A DNA stretch of 64,000 nt from Escherichia phage moha. Position 1 is the first letter of the stretch. Every line of letters starts with the position of its first letter. The notes beneath the pieces were generated by a model, which worked only from the letters and a program-made list of their open reading frames with translations, made no database searches and was not told the DNA's origin. Shown one piece after another: positions 55,879-64,000 of this stretch. Position numbers and translations under genes: made by a program. Location of the stretch: the sequence record MN850590.1; one strand, written 5' to 3'.

Positions 55879-56538
55879 TTATTTAGCCCTTCCTAGTATT
55901 CGGACCGCTTGGTTGCATATAGCCGCTAAGCGATCTTCCTCAAGTATATTATTCCCCTTATACCAATACATCGTCACAGTTCCAGCATAGATGTTATCCA
56001 AATTAAAGTATGGACAACTATACATATAAGAAAGTTCGGCAGTCTTAGATTTTGTAGGCAAAAATGCAAATTCTGATTTAGATGAGAAATGACGGCCACT
56101 TAAATGAATTATATATTCATTGGCCGTTTTATCCACCGGGAATCCGCCAAGGGACTTTTCAGAAATTGTGCTAGGTAGTTTGCCTTCATAAGCTATAAGG
56201 TCGACAAAATAATTTAAGTTTTTAGGTCTGAAAGAATACACAGCACTAAAATCTGCACCAGATGAGATATGAACTATTTGCAGTTGTTCTAGAGCCGCAG
56301 ATTCAAAACGTAAAGCTCGTTCTTTTTGGATTATTTCAGTATAAGTATCATACTTAGCTCTTACATAATAATCCAGCAAAATACTTCCTTTGTACCATAT
56401 TAGTGCCATTAGGAACAAAAGAATAATTACCGCTACTCGGGACATTAAAACCTTTCCAGTAGCGTTATCTTTGAAAATACGATCTAGCAACCCAAATAGA
56501 ATATCACTAGGCGAAAATGACACTTTTGGTGTTGCCAT
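55879..56538 (-). CDS. t: Holin T
   Basis: 219 aa; T4 holin-like (SFSPSDILFG..LDRIFKDNATGKV; single TM; YMYSCPYFNLDNIYAG). Confidence 0.9.
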   Translation of the reverse strand: MATPKVSFSPSDILFGLLDRIFKDNATGKVLMSRVAVIILLFLMALIWYKGSILLDYYVRAKYDTYTEIIQKERALRFESAALEQLQIVHISSGADFSAVYSFRPKNLNYFVDLIAYEGKLPSTISEKSLGGFPVDKTANEYIIHLSGRHFSSKSEFAFLPTKSKTAELSYMYSCPYFNLDNIYAGTVTMYWYKGNNILEEDRLAAICNQAVRILGRAK

Positions 56539-56547
56539 AATACCTCC

Positions 56548-57099
56548 TTACTTAAAGATATTTATAATCGCTTTGATAATAGATTTGTTTTCAAGGTCAG
56601 GGAATTTAGGGAATTCACCGCCAAGATGTTCATGTTTTTCTAAAAGGGCAAAGAATTTTTTGAGCTCTTTAAATTTTCGTTTTTCTTCTCTATTAGCAAC
56701 CTCTGCGTCAATAAGAGAACTTAAAACACTGAATAATTTATAGAGTTCATGAATTTTCTTATCACGTTGAACTACGCGTTTATATGCTTCATCTTCCTTC
56801 CACCCGTCACCGGTCCAAATGTCAAATTCACCAGGTTCTTCTGTAGTAACATTTTGAAGAGCACCTGGAGTGTCAATAACAATTTTTTGCTTATCATAAG
56901 TCCATACTGTTTTTCCACGATGGTCTTCAACATACACCCATTCTTGTTCGCGTTCATCAAATAAAACAGCATAGCCTTCTTTAGGGTCTAAAGGTTTTTT
57001 AGATGTCGAGTGAGCTGGAAGACCCATACCTTTAATCGGTTTGTAATTTTCTTCTTTGTAAAATTCTTTAGTGTCAAAATAATAATGATATATTTTCAT
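56548..57099 (-). CDS. 38: Tail-fibre assembly protein gp38 (T4-type, 183 aa)
   Basis: N-terminus MKIYHYYFDTKEFYKEENYKP as in T4 gp38 as recalled. Confidence 0.85.
   Translation of the reverse strand: MKIYHYYFDTKEFYKEENYKPIKGMGLPAHSTSKKPLDPKEGYAVLFDEREQEWVYVEDHRGKTVWTYDKQKIVIDTPGALQNVTTEEPGEFDIWTGDGWKEDEAYKRVVQRDKKIHELYKLFSVLSSLIDAEVANREEKRKFKELKKFFALLEKHEHLGGEFPKFPDLENKSIIKAIINIFK
56559..56566 (-). promoter_or_regulatory. T4-type late promoter for gene t
   Basis: TATAAATA on - strand inside the 3' end of gene 38, followed by AAGGAGG RBS and ATG of t. Confidence 0.6.
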
Positions 57100-57126
57100 A
57101 TTTAGAAGGGGCCGAAGCCCCTCTCC
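57100..57126 (-). promoter_or_regulatory. Split Shine-Dalgarno hairpin in gene 38 translation initiation region
   Basis: On - strand RNA: GGAGAG, then GGGGC-UUCG-GCCCC hairpin, then UUCUAAAUAUG; hairpin would bring SD near AUG. Confidence 0.5.
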
Positions 57127-60100
57127 TTATGCTAAACGAACGATATAGTTAAAAGCAACGTTTTTAACTGTGTTTTCTGTATTTCCTGTGGCATTTACAG
57201 TTATTGTATGTCCATGGGAACCAATCGCTACCGAATGAGAGTGGGCACCAATACCTACAGTATGTGTATGGGCACCGATACCCACAGTATGAGCATGGTT
57301 ACCTGTGGTACTTGTAGTTCCTGACCAACTATGGGTGTGGGCACCATCTGAAGAAGTTTTGGCCATATTCGACGATGCAGTAGCACCGCTCACGGTTGCA
57401 GTGAATTTAGCGTTGCCGTTTGGACCCGCACTATTGTATCCATCATAGAATATGCTAGTGGGTATGCCGCCTTGTACCTGAGGACCTGAACGCGCGTGTT
57501 GGTGCGCACCAGCGGAACTAGTATTACCACTCACTGTATGGCTATGGTTGCCAGTGGTATTACTGGTCTTAGTACCATAATCAAAGCTTGAAGTCGTTTT
57601 GCTACCGTAATCAAAACTAGAAGTGGTCTTAGTACCCAAATCTGTGCTTGATGCACTTGCACTATGGCTATGTGACTTAACACCGTCTGCTTCTGTACTC
57701 AATACATCACGCCCAGATGGTTTACCCTTAATAGTTTGCCCACGCATATCAGGAATAGTACCTGTTGGATACGCTGCCGCTAGTTTAGGATATGCAGACT
57801 TATCAAAGGTTTGACCTTCCATTAAAGCGAACCCGGCTGGAACTGAATCACTTGGCCATGGAATCGGAGCACCGACTGGATAAGGTATTTGAGCATCAGA
57901 ATACATCATATACACTTGACCAACGAGATGACCAGCGGGTAATTCTGTTACTGGTGTTTGATATCCACCATTAAGTCCAATTACCGAAATATAACGGGTA
58001 TTTTCTGTGGCGTCATATTCAACTATAAGTTTGTCTGCATAAGTCCCAGCATACAGATAAACGTCATAATCATCACCGGAGGTATTAATTGTTGCTATAT
58101 TAGTAAATCCATTACCCGTGCGCCCCCATAAAGTGGCGTTAATACCTTTAGGATTGTTATTACTGGTACGAAGAACTACTTCAGTAATTGTAGCCTGTTC
58201 TGGTGAATTGGCATTATATCCATTACCACCTATAATCTTAAATTGGACGGTAGAAACTGATTGTGGCATAGTTACAGTAGCAAATTTATACCATCCTGCA
58301 GTTGAACTACCGGACCAAGTTCCGACCTTAACTCTACGTTCTAAAGTTGTGTTCAGGTTAGCAAAATTACCAGAACCACCTGTGATGTTACCATCGGTTC
58401 CAATCTGGGTTGAACCTATTCTAAGAGGTTTAGCTATATCAACCGTATCAGAGTTTAATGCAATACCATGGGAGTAGGTGTAACTATGCATACGAACGAC
58501 GTTTCCGCCATCGCCAATACCCAAATACCATTTTGTGACATCTGCTTTACGTCCTTGGATGAAGTTAGAAGACTCTTGTGTTGGAGCATTTATTCTAATA
58601 GCATCTGATGCTGTATTTATTGTTATACGCTGACCTGCTGTAGTACCGGATGCTTCTACTTTAAATCTACCGCCACCGATATCTACATCATGATCCATGG
58701 AAACTTTACCATTACTTAATGCAATATAGAACGGACGTAAATTAGAAATACCACCTGTTTCACCAGCGTTCTGCGGAGTTGGAATAATATAAAGCTTATC
58801 TTCAGAACGACGGAAAATAGCACCATATTCGGCATTCCAAATTCTTAATGCATCTGCTGTTCCACCAAATTTAGCTTGTCCGTTTACAGATAATCCATTA
58901 TTTGCAACTAAACTTGATTCACTAACAATAGAACCGGCCGATATAATACCACCACCCACACGTAAAGCGCCGGAAATTCTAAATTGGAGAGAACCGACAG
59001 TTTCAGAACCTGTTGGAGCTAAACGTTGAGAATAAAAATGATAGCCCTGGCCGTCATACAATTCAAATACGGTTTCACGATTACCGGCAGTGGAGTCGAA
59101 TGCATTACCCCAAGCTTTCATAGTTAAATAACTTTTATTTTGTCCTGCACGGGACCCGGCATTCCACTGGATAGTTCTCGAGCCATCAACTTTGCTAGGG
59201 GCGCCAAATTTAAGTCCTGCAGTATTATTAGAACTATTTAAAAATAATTCGTTGTCCAATTTAACAGGTTGGATAGAAGAAATAGTGCCATCAGCATAAA
59301 ACTGTACATTATTAGAGCCAGTTACCAATTTCAAAATACCCGGGTTAATTTCCATACCTTCCTGTGTATTAATGTTGGTTTGGCCTTTACCACGGAAATA
59401 ATGGGAAAATTTACCGCCAGAATTATATCCAATGTGGGTTTGACCATCACCTGCATTGTTTGTATCAGCCTGGGTTTGAACCGATAAAAGCGCGGCGTTG
59501 ATTCCAGGCATGGTCCAGGTTCCGCCTTGGTCTTCTGAGCGTCCAAATAACGCTTTACGAGTACTACGGAAACTGTCAGGTGTAATAGAAGCAACAGAAT
59601 TCCAATTACCTACTAAATCATAAACGCCTTGCTTAATATATTTTAAACCAGTTGCAGCATCGCCCAAAGCAATATATCTTTCTCCCATTGGAGTAGGAGA
59701 GCCGTAGTTGTTAGTATTTTCGTCAGCAGTAATTGTGCCAATAGCAAGTGAACGACGTAATACCATTGCTCCATCATTACGAAGACCCATTAATTTAGTA
59801 GTAAGTGTATTTCCGGTCCACCAAGAAATTTCATCATTCTTACCAGTTTGAGCTGAAGCGATTTCATGGTAAATGGTTCCACCTGATTTAGCTCGAACTT
59901 TACGAAGATAGTTTATACCATTTTCTTCACCTGTTCCAGGATAAACATATTGAACTAATGACTGCGAATCGTATTGTCCAAATGCTTTTGTGTCTAAAAC
60001 AATGGTTTTCGTATTAACTTGTGGAGCAGAAACTATACCATTAGCGGAGTTAATATTGCCTGACGCAGAAATATTACCTTTGCTGACAAATAAATCACCA

Positions 60101-60618
60101 GTGTCAACTTGGAAATTACCATTACGATTAAAAGTCCAATATTTCGAATCCCCAGTTTCATCAATATAATGGAACTTAAAACTGCCTTCAGCAACCAATG
60201 TACCCGCTGAAAACGTACCATCTTTATAACGTTGCTTAATGAGTGGATGATATTCTGAAATAGAAGTAGTTGAACTTAAATCTGTAAAGATAGGAGCTTT
60301 ATTTAGGTGTTGATTTGCCCACGCGCCATTACCAGCTGTTTTAGGTAAAAATTCAATATATTTTCCTGCATAAACAAACTGATTTCCATTGAGATTATAT
60401 GTGCCGTTTTGTAAATAATCACCATTTTGAGTTACATTACCGTTAATATCCCCGCCCTTAGCAAAGCCTAGGCTAATAATATTACCGAGGTCATCTTTAG
60501 TAAAAAGAGTTCGATCTTTTAAGTTTATCGCTAATTCGCCTTCGGCTAATTGTGCTGCAGTAGGATTAACTCCTGCCACTTTGCTTCTTTTAAATTGTAT
60601 CTGTTTTAATGTAGCCAT
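57127..60618 (-). CDS. 37: Long tail fibre distal subunit gp37
   Basis: 1163 aa; C-terminal His-x-His repeat region ([24 protein letters not shown]); T4 synteny. Confidence 0.9.
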   Translation of the reverse strand: MATLKQIQFKRSKVAGVNPTAAQLAEGELAINLKDRTLFTKDDLGNIISLGFAKGGDINGNVTQNGDYLQNGTYNLNGNQFVYAGKYIEFLPKTAGNGAWANQHLNKAPIFTDLSSTTSISEYHPLIKQRYKDGTFSAGTLVAEGSFKFHYIDETGDSKYWTFNRNGNFQVDTGDLFVSKGNISASGNINSANGIVSAPQVNTKTIVLDTKAFGQYDSQSLVQYVYPGTGEENGINYLRKVRAKSGGTIYHEIASAQTGKNDEISWWTGNTLTTKLMGLRNDGAMVLRRSLAIGTITADENTNNYGSPTPMGERYIALGDAATGLKYIKQGVYDLVGNWNSVASITPDSFRSTRKALFGRSEDQGGTWTMPGINAALLSVQTQADTNNAGDGQTHIGYNSGGKFSHYFRGKGQTNINTQEGMEINPGILKLVTGSNNVQFYADGTISSIQPVKLDNELFLNSSNNTAGLKFGAPSKVDGSRTIQWNAGSRAGQNKSYLTMKAWGNAFDSTAGNRETVFELYDGQGYHFYSQRLAPTGSETVGSLQFRISGALRVGGGIISAGSIVSESSLVANNGLSVNGQAKFGGTADALRIWNAEYGAIFRRSEDKLYIIPTPQNAGETGGISNLRPFYIALSNGKVSMDHDVDIGGGRFKVEASGTTAGQRITINTASDAIRINAPTQESSNFIQGRKADVTKWYLGIGDGGNVVRMHSYTYSHGIALNSDTVDIAKPLRIGSTQIGTDGNITGGSGNFANLNTTLERRVKVGTWSGSSTAGWYKFATVTMPQSVSTVQFKIIGGNGYNANSPEQATITEVVLRTSNNNPKGINATLWGRTGNGFTNIATINTSGDDYDVYLYAGTYADKLIVEYDATENTRYISVIGLNGGYQTPVTELPAGHLVGQVYMMYSDAQIPYPVGAPIPWPSDSVPAGFALMEGQTFDKSAYPKLAAAYPTGTIPDMRGQTIKGKPSGRDVLSTEADGVKSHSHSASASSTDLGTKTTSSFDYGSKTTSSFDYGTKTSNTTGNHSHTVSGNTSSAGAHQHARSGPQVQGGIPTSIFYDGYNSAGPNGNAKFTATVSGATASSNMAKTSSDGAHTHSWSGTTSTTGNHAHTVGIGAHTHTVGIGAHSHSVAIGSHGHTITVNATGNTENTVKNVAFNYIVRLA
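57180..57330 (-). repeat. His-x-His repeat-encoding segment of gene 37
   Basis: Repeated GGCACC(A/G)ATACC...ATG(G/A)GTATG units encoding GxHxHxV repeats. Confidence 0.6.
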
Positions 60619-60626
60619 AAGTCCTC

Positions 60627-61289
60627 TTAATAATAGCCGAAATCTTGAACAGAATCTTTAATTACAATCTGGTCGAAACGAGGAACATGATTAGCCTCAG
60701 ACGCCGGATTCTGTGAGAAAAAGTTTGGTGCTGTTAAAGTACCAGTCATGGTATCGCCTTTACGCAATACACGAGAATTTGCGTTATCCGTAACAATATT
60801 TATTCGTCCATCAACATAATCTTTTCTTGTGAGATCATTTGCTGCAACCGGAGCAGTAGCGTTAGAACGGACAGGACCAATTGCATAAAAACCGCCCTTA
60901 GTGCTGATATCACCGGTACGAGCGTTAATTACAACAGTTCGGTCTGCTGAACCTTGTGATGACTTAAAACCAATACCATTCCACGAAACGATGTCAATAT
61001 TTGCCATATCAAAAGTAGCTGCATCACCGTTACCTGGATAAACACCACACTGTTGACTACTACCTACAGTAGGAACATGTACTCCTCCATTAAATCGAAC
61101 AGTTGCAGCGTAAGTACCACCATTAGCTTTAGAAACGAAATCGTTATCAGCCGCTTGTGGTTTATTATATTCTGAATAGAGTTTAAACGTTTTATACAGG
61201 ACGTCATCACCTGCTGGCATTAAAGGGAAATTACCTTGATGCCATATGACAGCACCGCCAGTTGTACTACCAGCTTTTAAATCGGCCAT
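60627..61289 (-). CDS. 36: Long tail fibre hinge protein gp36
   Basis: 220 aa, position between 35 and 37; TATAAATA late promoter upstream. Confidence 0.8.
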   Translation of the reverse strand: MADLKAGSTTGGAVIWHQGNFPLMPAGDDVLYKTFKLYSEYNKPQAADNDFVSKANGGTYAATVRFNGGVHVPTVGSSQQCGVYPGNGDAATFDMANIDIVSWNGIGFKSSQGSADRTVVINARTGDISTKGGFYAIGPVRSNATAPVAANDLTRKDYVDGRINIVTDNANSRVLRKGDTMTGTLTAPNFFSQNPASEANHVPRFDQIVIKDSVQDFGYY

Positions 61290-61313
61290 AGTTGTCTCCT
61301 TATATGTATACCA

Positions 61314-61321
61314 TATTTATA
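61314..61321 (-). promoter_or_regulatory. T4-type late promoter for gene 36
   Basis: TATAAATA on - strand about 25 nt upstream of gene 36 ATG with AAGGAGA RBS. Confidence 0.6.
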
Positions 61322-61346
61322 CAAAAATGGGAGACCGAAGTCTCCC
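61319..61346 (-). terminator. Intrinsic terminator after gene 35
   Basis: GGGAGAC-UUCG-GUCUCCC followed by AUUUUUGU on - strand RNA. Confidence 0.6.
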
Positions 61347-61351
61347 TAAAT

Positions 61352-62479
61352 TTATTCTGATGCTTCTTTAAATTCTTGTCCAAATACCTTACCAGTATCA
61401 GTTGAAGATTGAGTAGGTAGTGTCATTATGTCTGGGGCACTTAAAGATTCTGAAACATAATTTACACGAATACCATTTATACCAAACTCCGCAGGTTTTG
61501 AAACGCTTCCATTGCATGATACTTCAGTTAATATAACGTTTCTTAATCCACCTTGCCCGACTGGAGCTGTACGATAACAATAAATCGTGAACCCGTCAGC
61601 ACCAGCAGGAATTTCTATGTAGTCTTCATATATCTTCCATTCACCTGCGGCCCCATCAAAGTTTGTATCCTTAAATGAAATAGGTGAAGTAGAAGGAGAT
61701 TTAAAGAAACGAATAGAAAGTCGTGTCGTCCCTTGTGCTAACAAATCGGCATCTGCCATTAGTTGGAATTTCATATAAAGGAAATCTCCAGGCTTCAATT
61801 TATACCCAGCGAGAGGTGTAATAATGGACGGTGTAGGCATCCTTTTAATTTCATTATTAGTACCTCCAACGGCAGATAAAAATGTGTCTGACGATTCATA
61901 CGTACGACTAGGGAAGCCGGTAGCACCAATATCATCTATAGTGTCGTACACAACATCAAGTGGTGTACTATAGTCGGTTGAAGTTTTCTTATTACTATAC
62001 TTAATATGTTCTAGTGCTATAGCATTCTTACCAGAAATATAAAATGCAGAATAAGAAATGTCCACTATATTTAAAACTTGTTGAGCTAATGGAATAACAG
62101 AACTCCCAGCTTTAGTAAACCATGTGAGAACTTCTGGTGGAAAGTTTGTTTTAGAGTTAGTAACAAGAGCAAATATAAAATTTGAAGCATATGTGTCCAT
62201 GTAAGTAACAAATGCACTTGACGTGGCGTCGTTTTCAGTAGAGAAATTATATGTCTTAGATTCAACTACTGCACCCGTTGTAGGATTTATTACACGAACG
62301 TTTAATCCAACGGAAAAAACCTGGGACCCAAGTGGATTATCCTGGAACTTAATATAAGCAGGAGATGTTGATAGCGGACAAGAGCCCGCTATGCTTAATT
62401 TAAATCGTACTGAATTGCTTTCCGATAAAAATGGCGTTTGGACGTATCCTTGTCCAAACTTAGCCATAAATTTTTCCAT
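61352..62479 (-). CDS. 35: Long tail fibre hinge protein gp35
   Basis: 375 aa, position between 34 and 36. Confidence 0.8.
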   Translation of the reverse strand: MEKFMAKFGQGYVQTPFLSESNSVRFKLSIAGSCPLSTSPAYIKFQDNPLGSQVFSVGLNVRVINPTTGAVVESKTYNFSTENDATSSAFVTYMDTYASNFIFALVTNSKTNFPPEVLTWFTKAGSSVIPLAQQVLNIVDISYSAFYISGKNAIALEHIKYSNKKTSTDYSTPLDVVYDTIDDIGATGFPSRTYESSDTFLSAVGGTNNEIKRMPTPSIITPLAGYKLKPGDFLYMKFQLMADADLLAQGTTRLSIRFFKSPSTSPISFKDTNFDGAAGEWKIYEDYIEIPAGADGFTIYCYRTAPVGQGGLRNVILTEVSCNGSVSKPAEFGINGIRVNYVSESLSAPDIMTLPTQSSTDTGKVFGQEFKEASE

Positions 62480-62487
62480 AATACCTC

Positions 62488-64000
62488 TTATTCAATCCAC
62501 TCGAATTTAACAGATTTATTCACAGGGTCCGGAATAATGCGGACGTTACCAATCCTTAAGAAATCCCTTATTGTCAAGTTTCCGATTGTTGCATTATCAG
62601 AAGGTAAAGCACCAATATCAGATGGCTGAGGAGGGTTACCCCCATCAAATACTTGAACAAAACTTGACCAAGAATTTTTAGTTTTCTGCCATGTACGAGT
62701 CCAACGGGTTGTACGTGCTTCTGGGGTTGTTGGATAAGTAATCCAATCTTGGTAAAGTGAATCAAGTGTGTTACCAAACTGAGTCAGTGTACCAGGAGAT
62801 TTAACTTCTTCGCCACGTTCTAAGTATGGAAGCCCAGTCACTTCATTAGTTTTTTCAACCATTTTAAAATAACCTGGGAACTGGTTATAAGTGGCTGAAT
62901 CGTTAATATCAATTGACCAGAATCCTACATTATCAGATGTTGGCGCACGGGTATATAAATCGGATGTTTTAGTACCCTGAGAACGAATTCTTGAGTTAAC
63001 AGTCAAACCGCCAGAATTTATAGTAGCACCTTTGGCAATGATTAAGCTTTCACCAATCGTAACTTGACCGGATTGATTATTAATTGATAATGGACGTAAT
63101 CCATTAAATCCACCGGTCTGATCACCAGATGCAGTAAGCATAAAATATGTGCTGCCGCCATCATTGCGAATAAAGAATCCGTAATCACCACTAATTGCTC
63201 TGAAAGCATTTGCAGACTTGCTAATGAATTCGCCATTGGCTGTAACTGAACGTCCAAATGTTGCAATGCCATTCGCATTTAACGTGCCTGAAGCGTTAAC
63301 ATTTATTGGCATCAAAGTACCATTAATGCTAAACGTTATATTCCCAGCTTTATTACGTTGAGAATAAAAGTGATTAGATGTTTCATCACCAACTTCAAAT
63401 ACAGTAGAACGTGTTGTATCTGAACCACCACCACCAAATTCATTTCCCCAAACTCTGATAGTCATCGTCTGTGCTGGGTTAGTTCCAGTTTGAGGTCCTT
63501 TCTCAAAAATCAGACGAGTTGCCGTTCCAGTATTAGAAATAGTTAATGTACTATTTGCCGAAACTGAACCACCAAACGTAGCAGTACTAGTTGATACAAG
63601 AGGGGCACTCAGATTCGTTTGTTGGGTTAAGGTTAGTGAACCATTAACCGTCTGTGCAATGTCCCTACGAATGAACTGAGATGAATCTAGGCCATCTAAT
63701 AAATTACTATCTACGGCTTTAGCTTTCAATGGCAAATAGTTAGCAAGTACACGGTTTAATTCATATGGTGATACTGCATAGCTATTTTTCTCATATGATT
63801 CTAAAGGTTGTGTTGAACCAACTGTATCATTACCAACAAATGTAATAGAACCGGATGAAGTTTTAACGAATCCACGAATCGCCGTAGTAGCAGCCCATGT
63901 TGGTTCAGACTGGACAATCCATTTTAAATTCTTAGGAGATACAGCAGTATTAGCAGAAGTTCCTGTTACAGTTTCAGCCTGAGTAGCAACCTTAATTACG
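62488..64000 (-). CDS. 34: Long tail fibre proximal subunit gp34 (C-terminal part; N-terminus outside window)
   Basis: Frame open to window edge with no stop; Gly/Ser/Thr/Asn-rich fibre composition; T4 synteny. Confidence 0.8.
   Translation of the reverse strand, partial: VIKVATQAETVTGTSANTAVSPKNLKWIVQSEPTWAATTAIRGFVKTSSGSITFVGNDTVGSTQPLESYEKNSYAVSPYELNRVLANYLPLKAKAVDSNLLDGLDSSQFIRRDIAQTVNGSLTLTQQTNLSAPLVSTSTATFGGSVSANSTLTISNTGTATRLIFEKGPQTGTNPAQTMTIRVWGNEFGGGGSDTTRSTVFEVGDETSNHFYSQRNKAGNITFSINGTLMPINVNASGTLNANGIATFGRSVTANGEFISKSANAFRAISGDYGFFIRNDGGSTYFMLTASGDQTGGFNGLRPLSINNQSGQVTIGESLIIAKGATINSGGLTVNSRIRSQGTKTSDLYTRAPTSDNVGFWSIDINDSATYNQFPGYFKMVEKTNEVTGLPYLERGEEVKSPGTLTQFGNTLDSLYQDWITYPTTPEARTTRWTRTWQKTKNSWSSFVQVFDGGNPPQPSDIGALPSDNATIGNLTIRDFLRIGNVRIIPDPVNKSVKFEWIE

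Noticed and set aside
57180-57330. CRISPR-like or satellite repeat at the 3' end of gene 37
   Set aside because: The periodicity is the coding repeat for the His-x-His motif inside an intact ORF, not a spacer-repeat array.
1-64000. tRNA or rRNA genes
   Set aside because: No cloverleaf-like or rRNA-like segments noticed by eye, and the window is almost fully protein-coding; no tRNA scan could be run, so short tRNAs cannot be excluded.

Overview
The window is a contiguous ~64 kb block of a T4-like (Tevenvirinae) myovirus genome. The 903-aa family-B DNA polymerase (14667-17378) matches, as I recall it, the RB69 gp43 protein, so the phage is RB69 itself or a very close Mosigvirus relative. Gene order on the + strand is T4-like early/middle: nrdD (5'-truncated), nrdG, nrdH-like, 55, 47, 46, 45, 44, 62, regA, 43, 42-like, uvsX, 40, 41, sp, 61, 56, modB/modA-like, dda, dexA, 39 (fused, no gene-60 split), rIIA, rIIB, 52, motA, asiA. 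The late long-tail-fibre/lysis module t-38-37-36-35-34 (3'-truncated) converges on the - strand. No rRNA, tRNA or CRISPR array was seen by eye. The most interesting content is what replaces the T4 glucosylation genes. The alpha-gt slot (55-47) and the imm/beta-gt slots (43-42-uvsX) lack glucosyltransferases. Instead the 43-uvsX interval carries a KdsD-like SIS sugar-phosphate isomerase, a fused nucleotidyltransferase/APH-fold kinase, a small HAD phosphatase, a Cys-rich putative Fe-S protein, a divergent ThyA-fold pyrimidine hydroxymethylase, a 299-aa unknown and a Tmk-like kinase; a GT-B glycosyltransferase sits between gene 39 and rIIA. Together these look like a self-contained NDP-pentose (probably arabinose) synthesis and DNA-glycosylation system, consistent with the arabinosyl-hmC reported for RB69-type phages, but the enzyme-by-enzyme pathway is my inference. 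Other observations: many early promoters whose -10 hexamer sits in the loop of an inverted repeat, MotA-box middle promoters, TATAAATA late promoters, a split Shine-Dalgarno hairpin before gene 38, a free-standing GIY-YIG homing endonuclease, tandem paralog families and several sub-60-aa ORFs missed by the ORF track. All functional calls are from motif recognition and T4 synteny recalled from memory; no database search was run.
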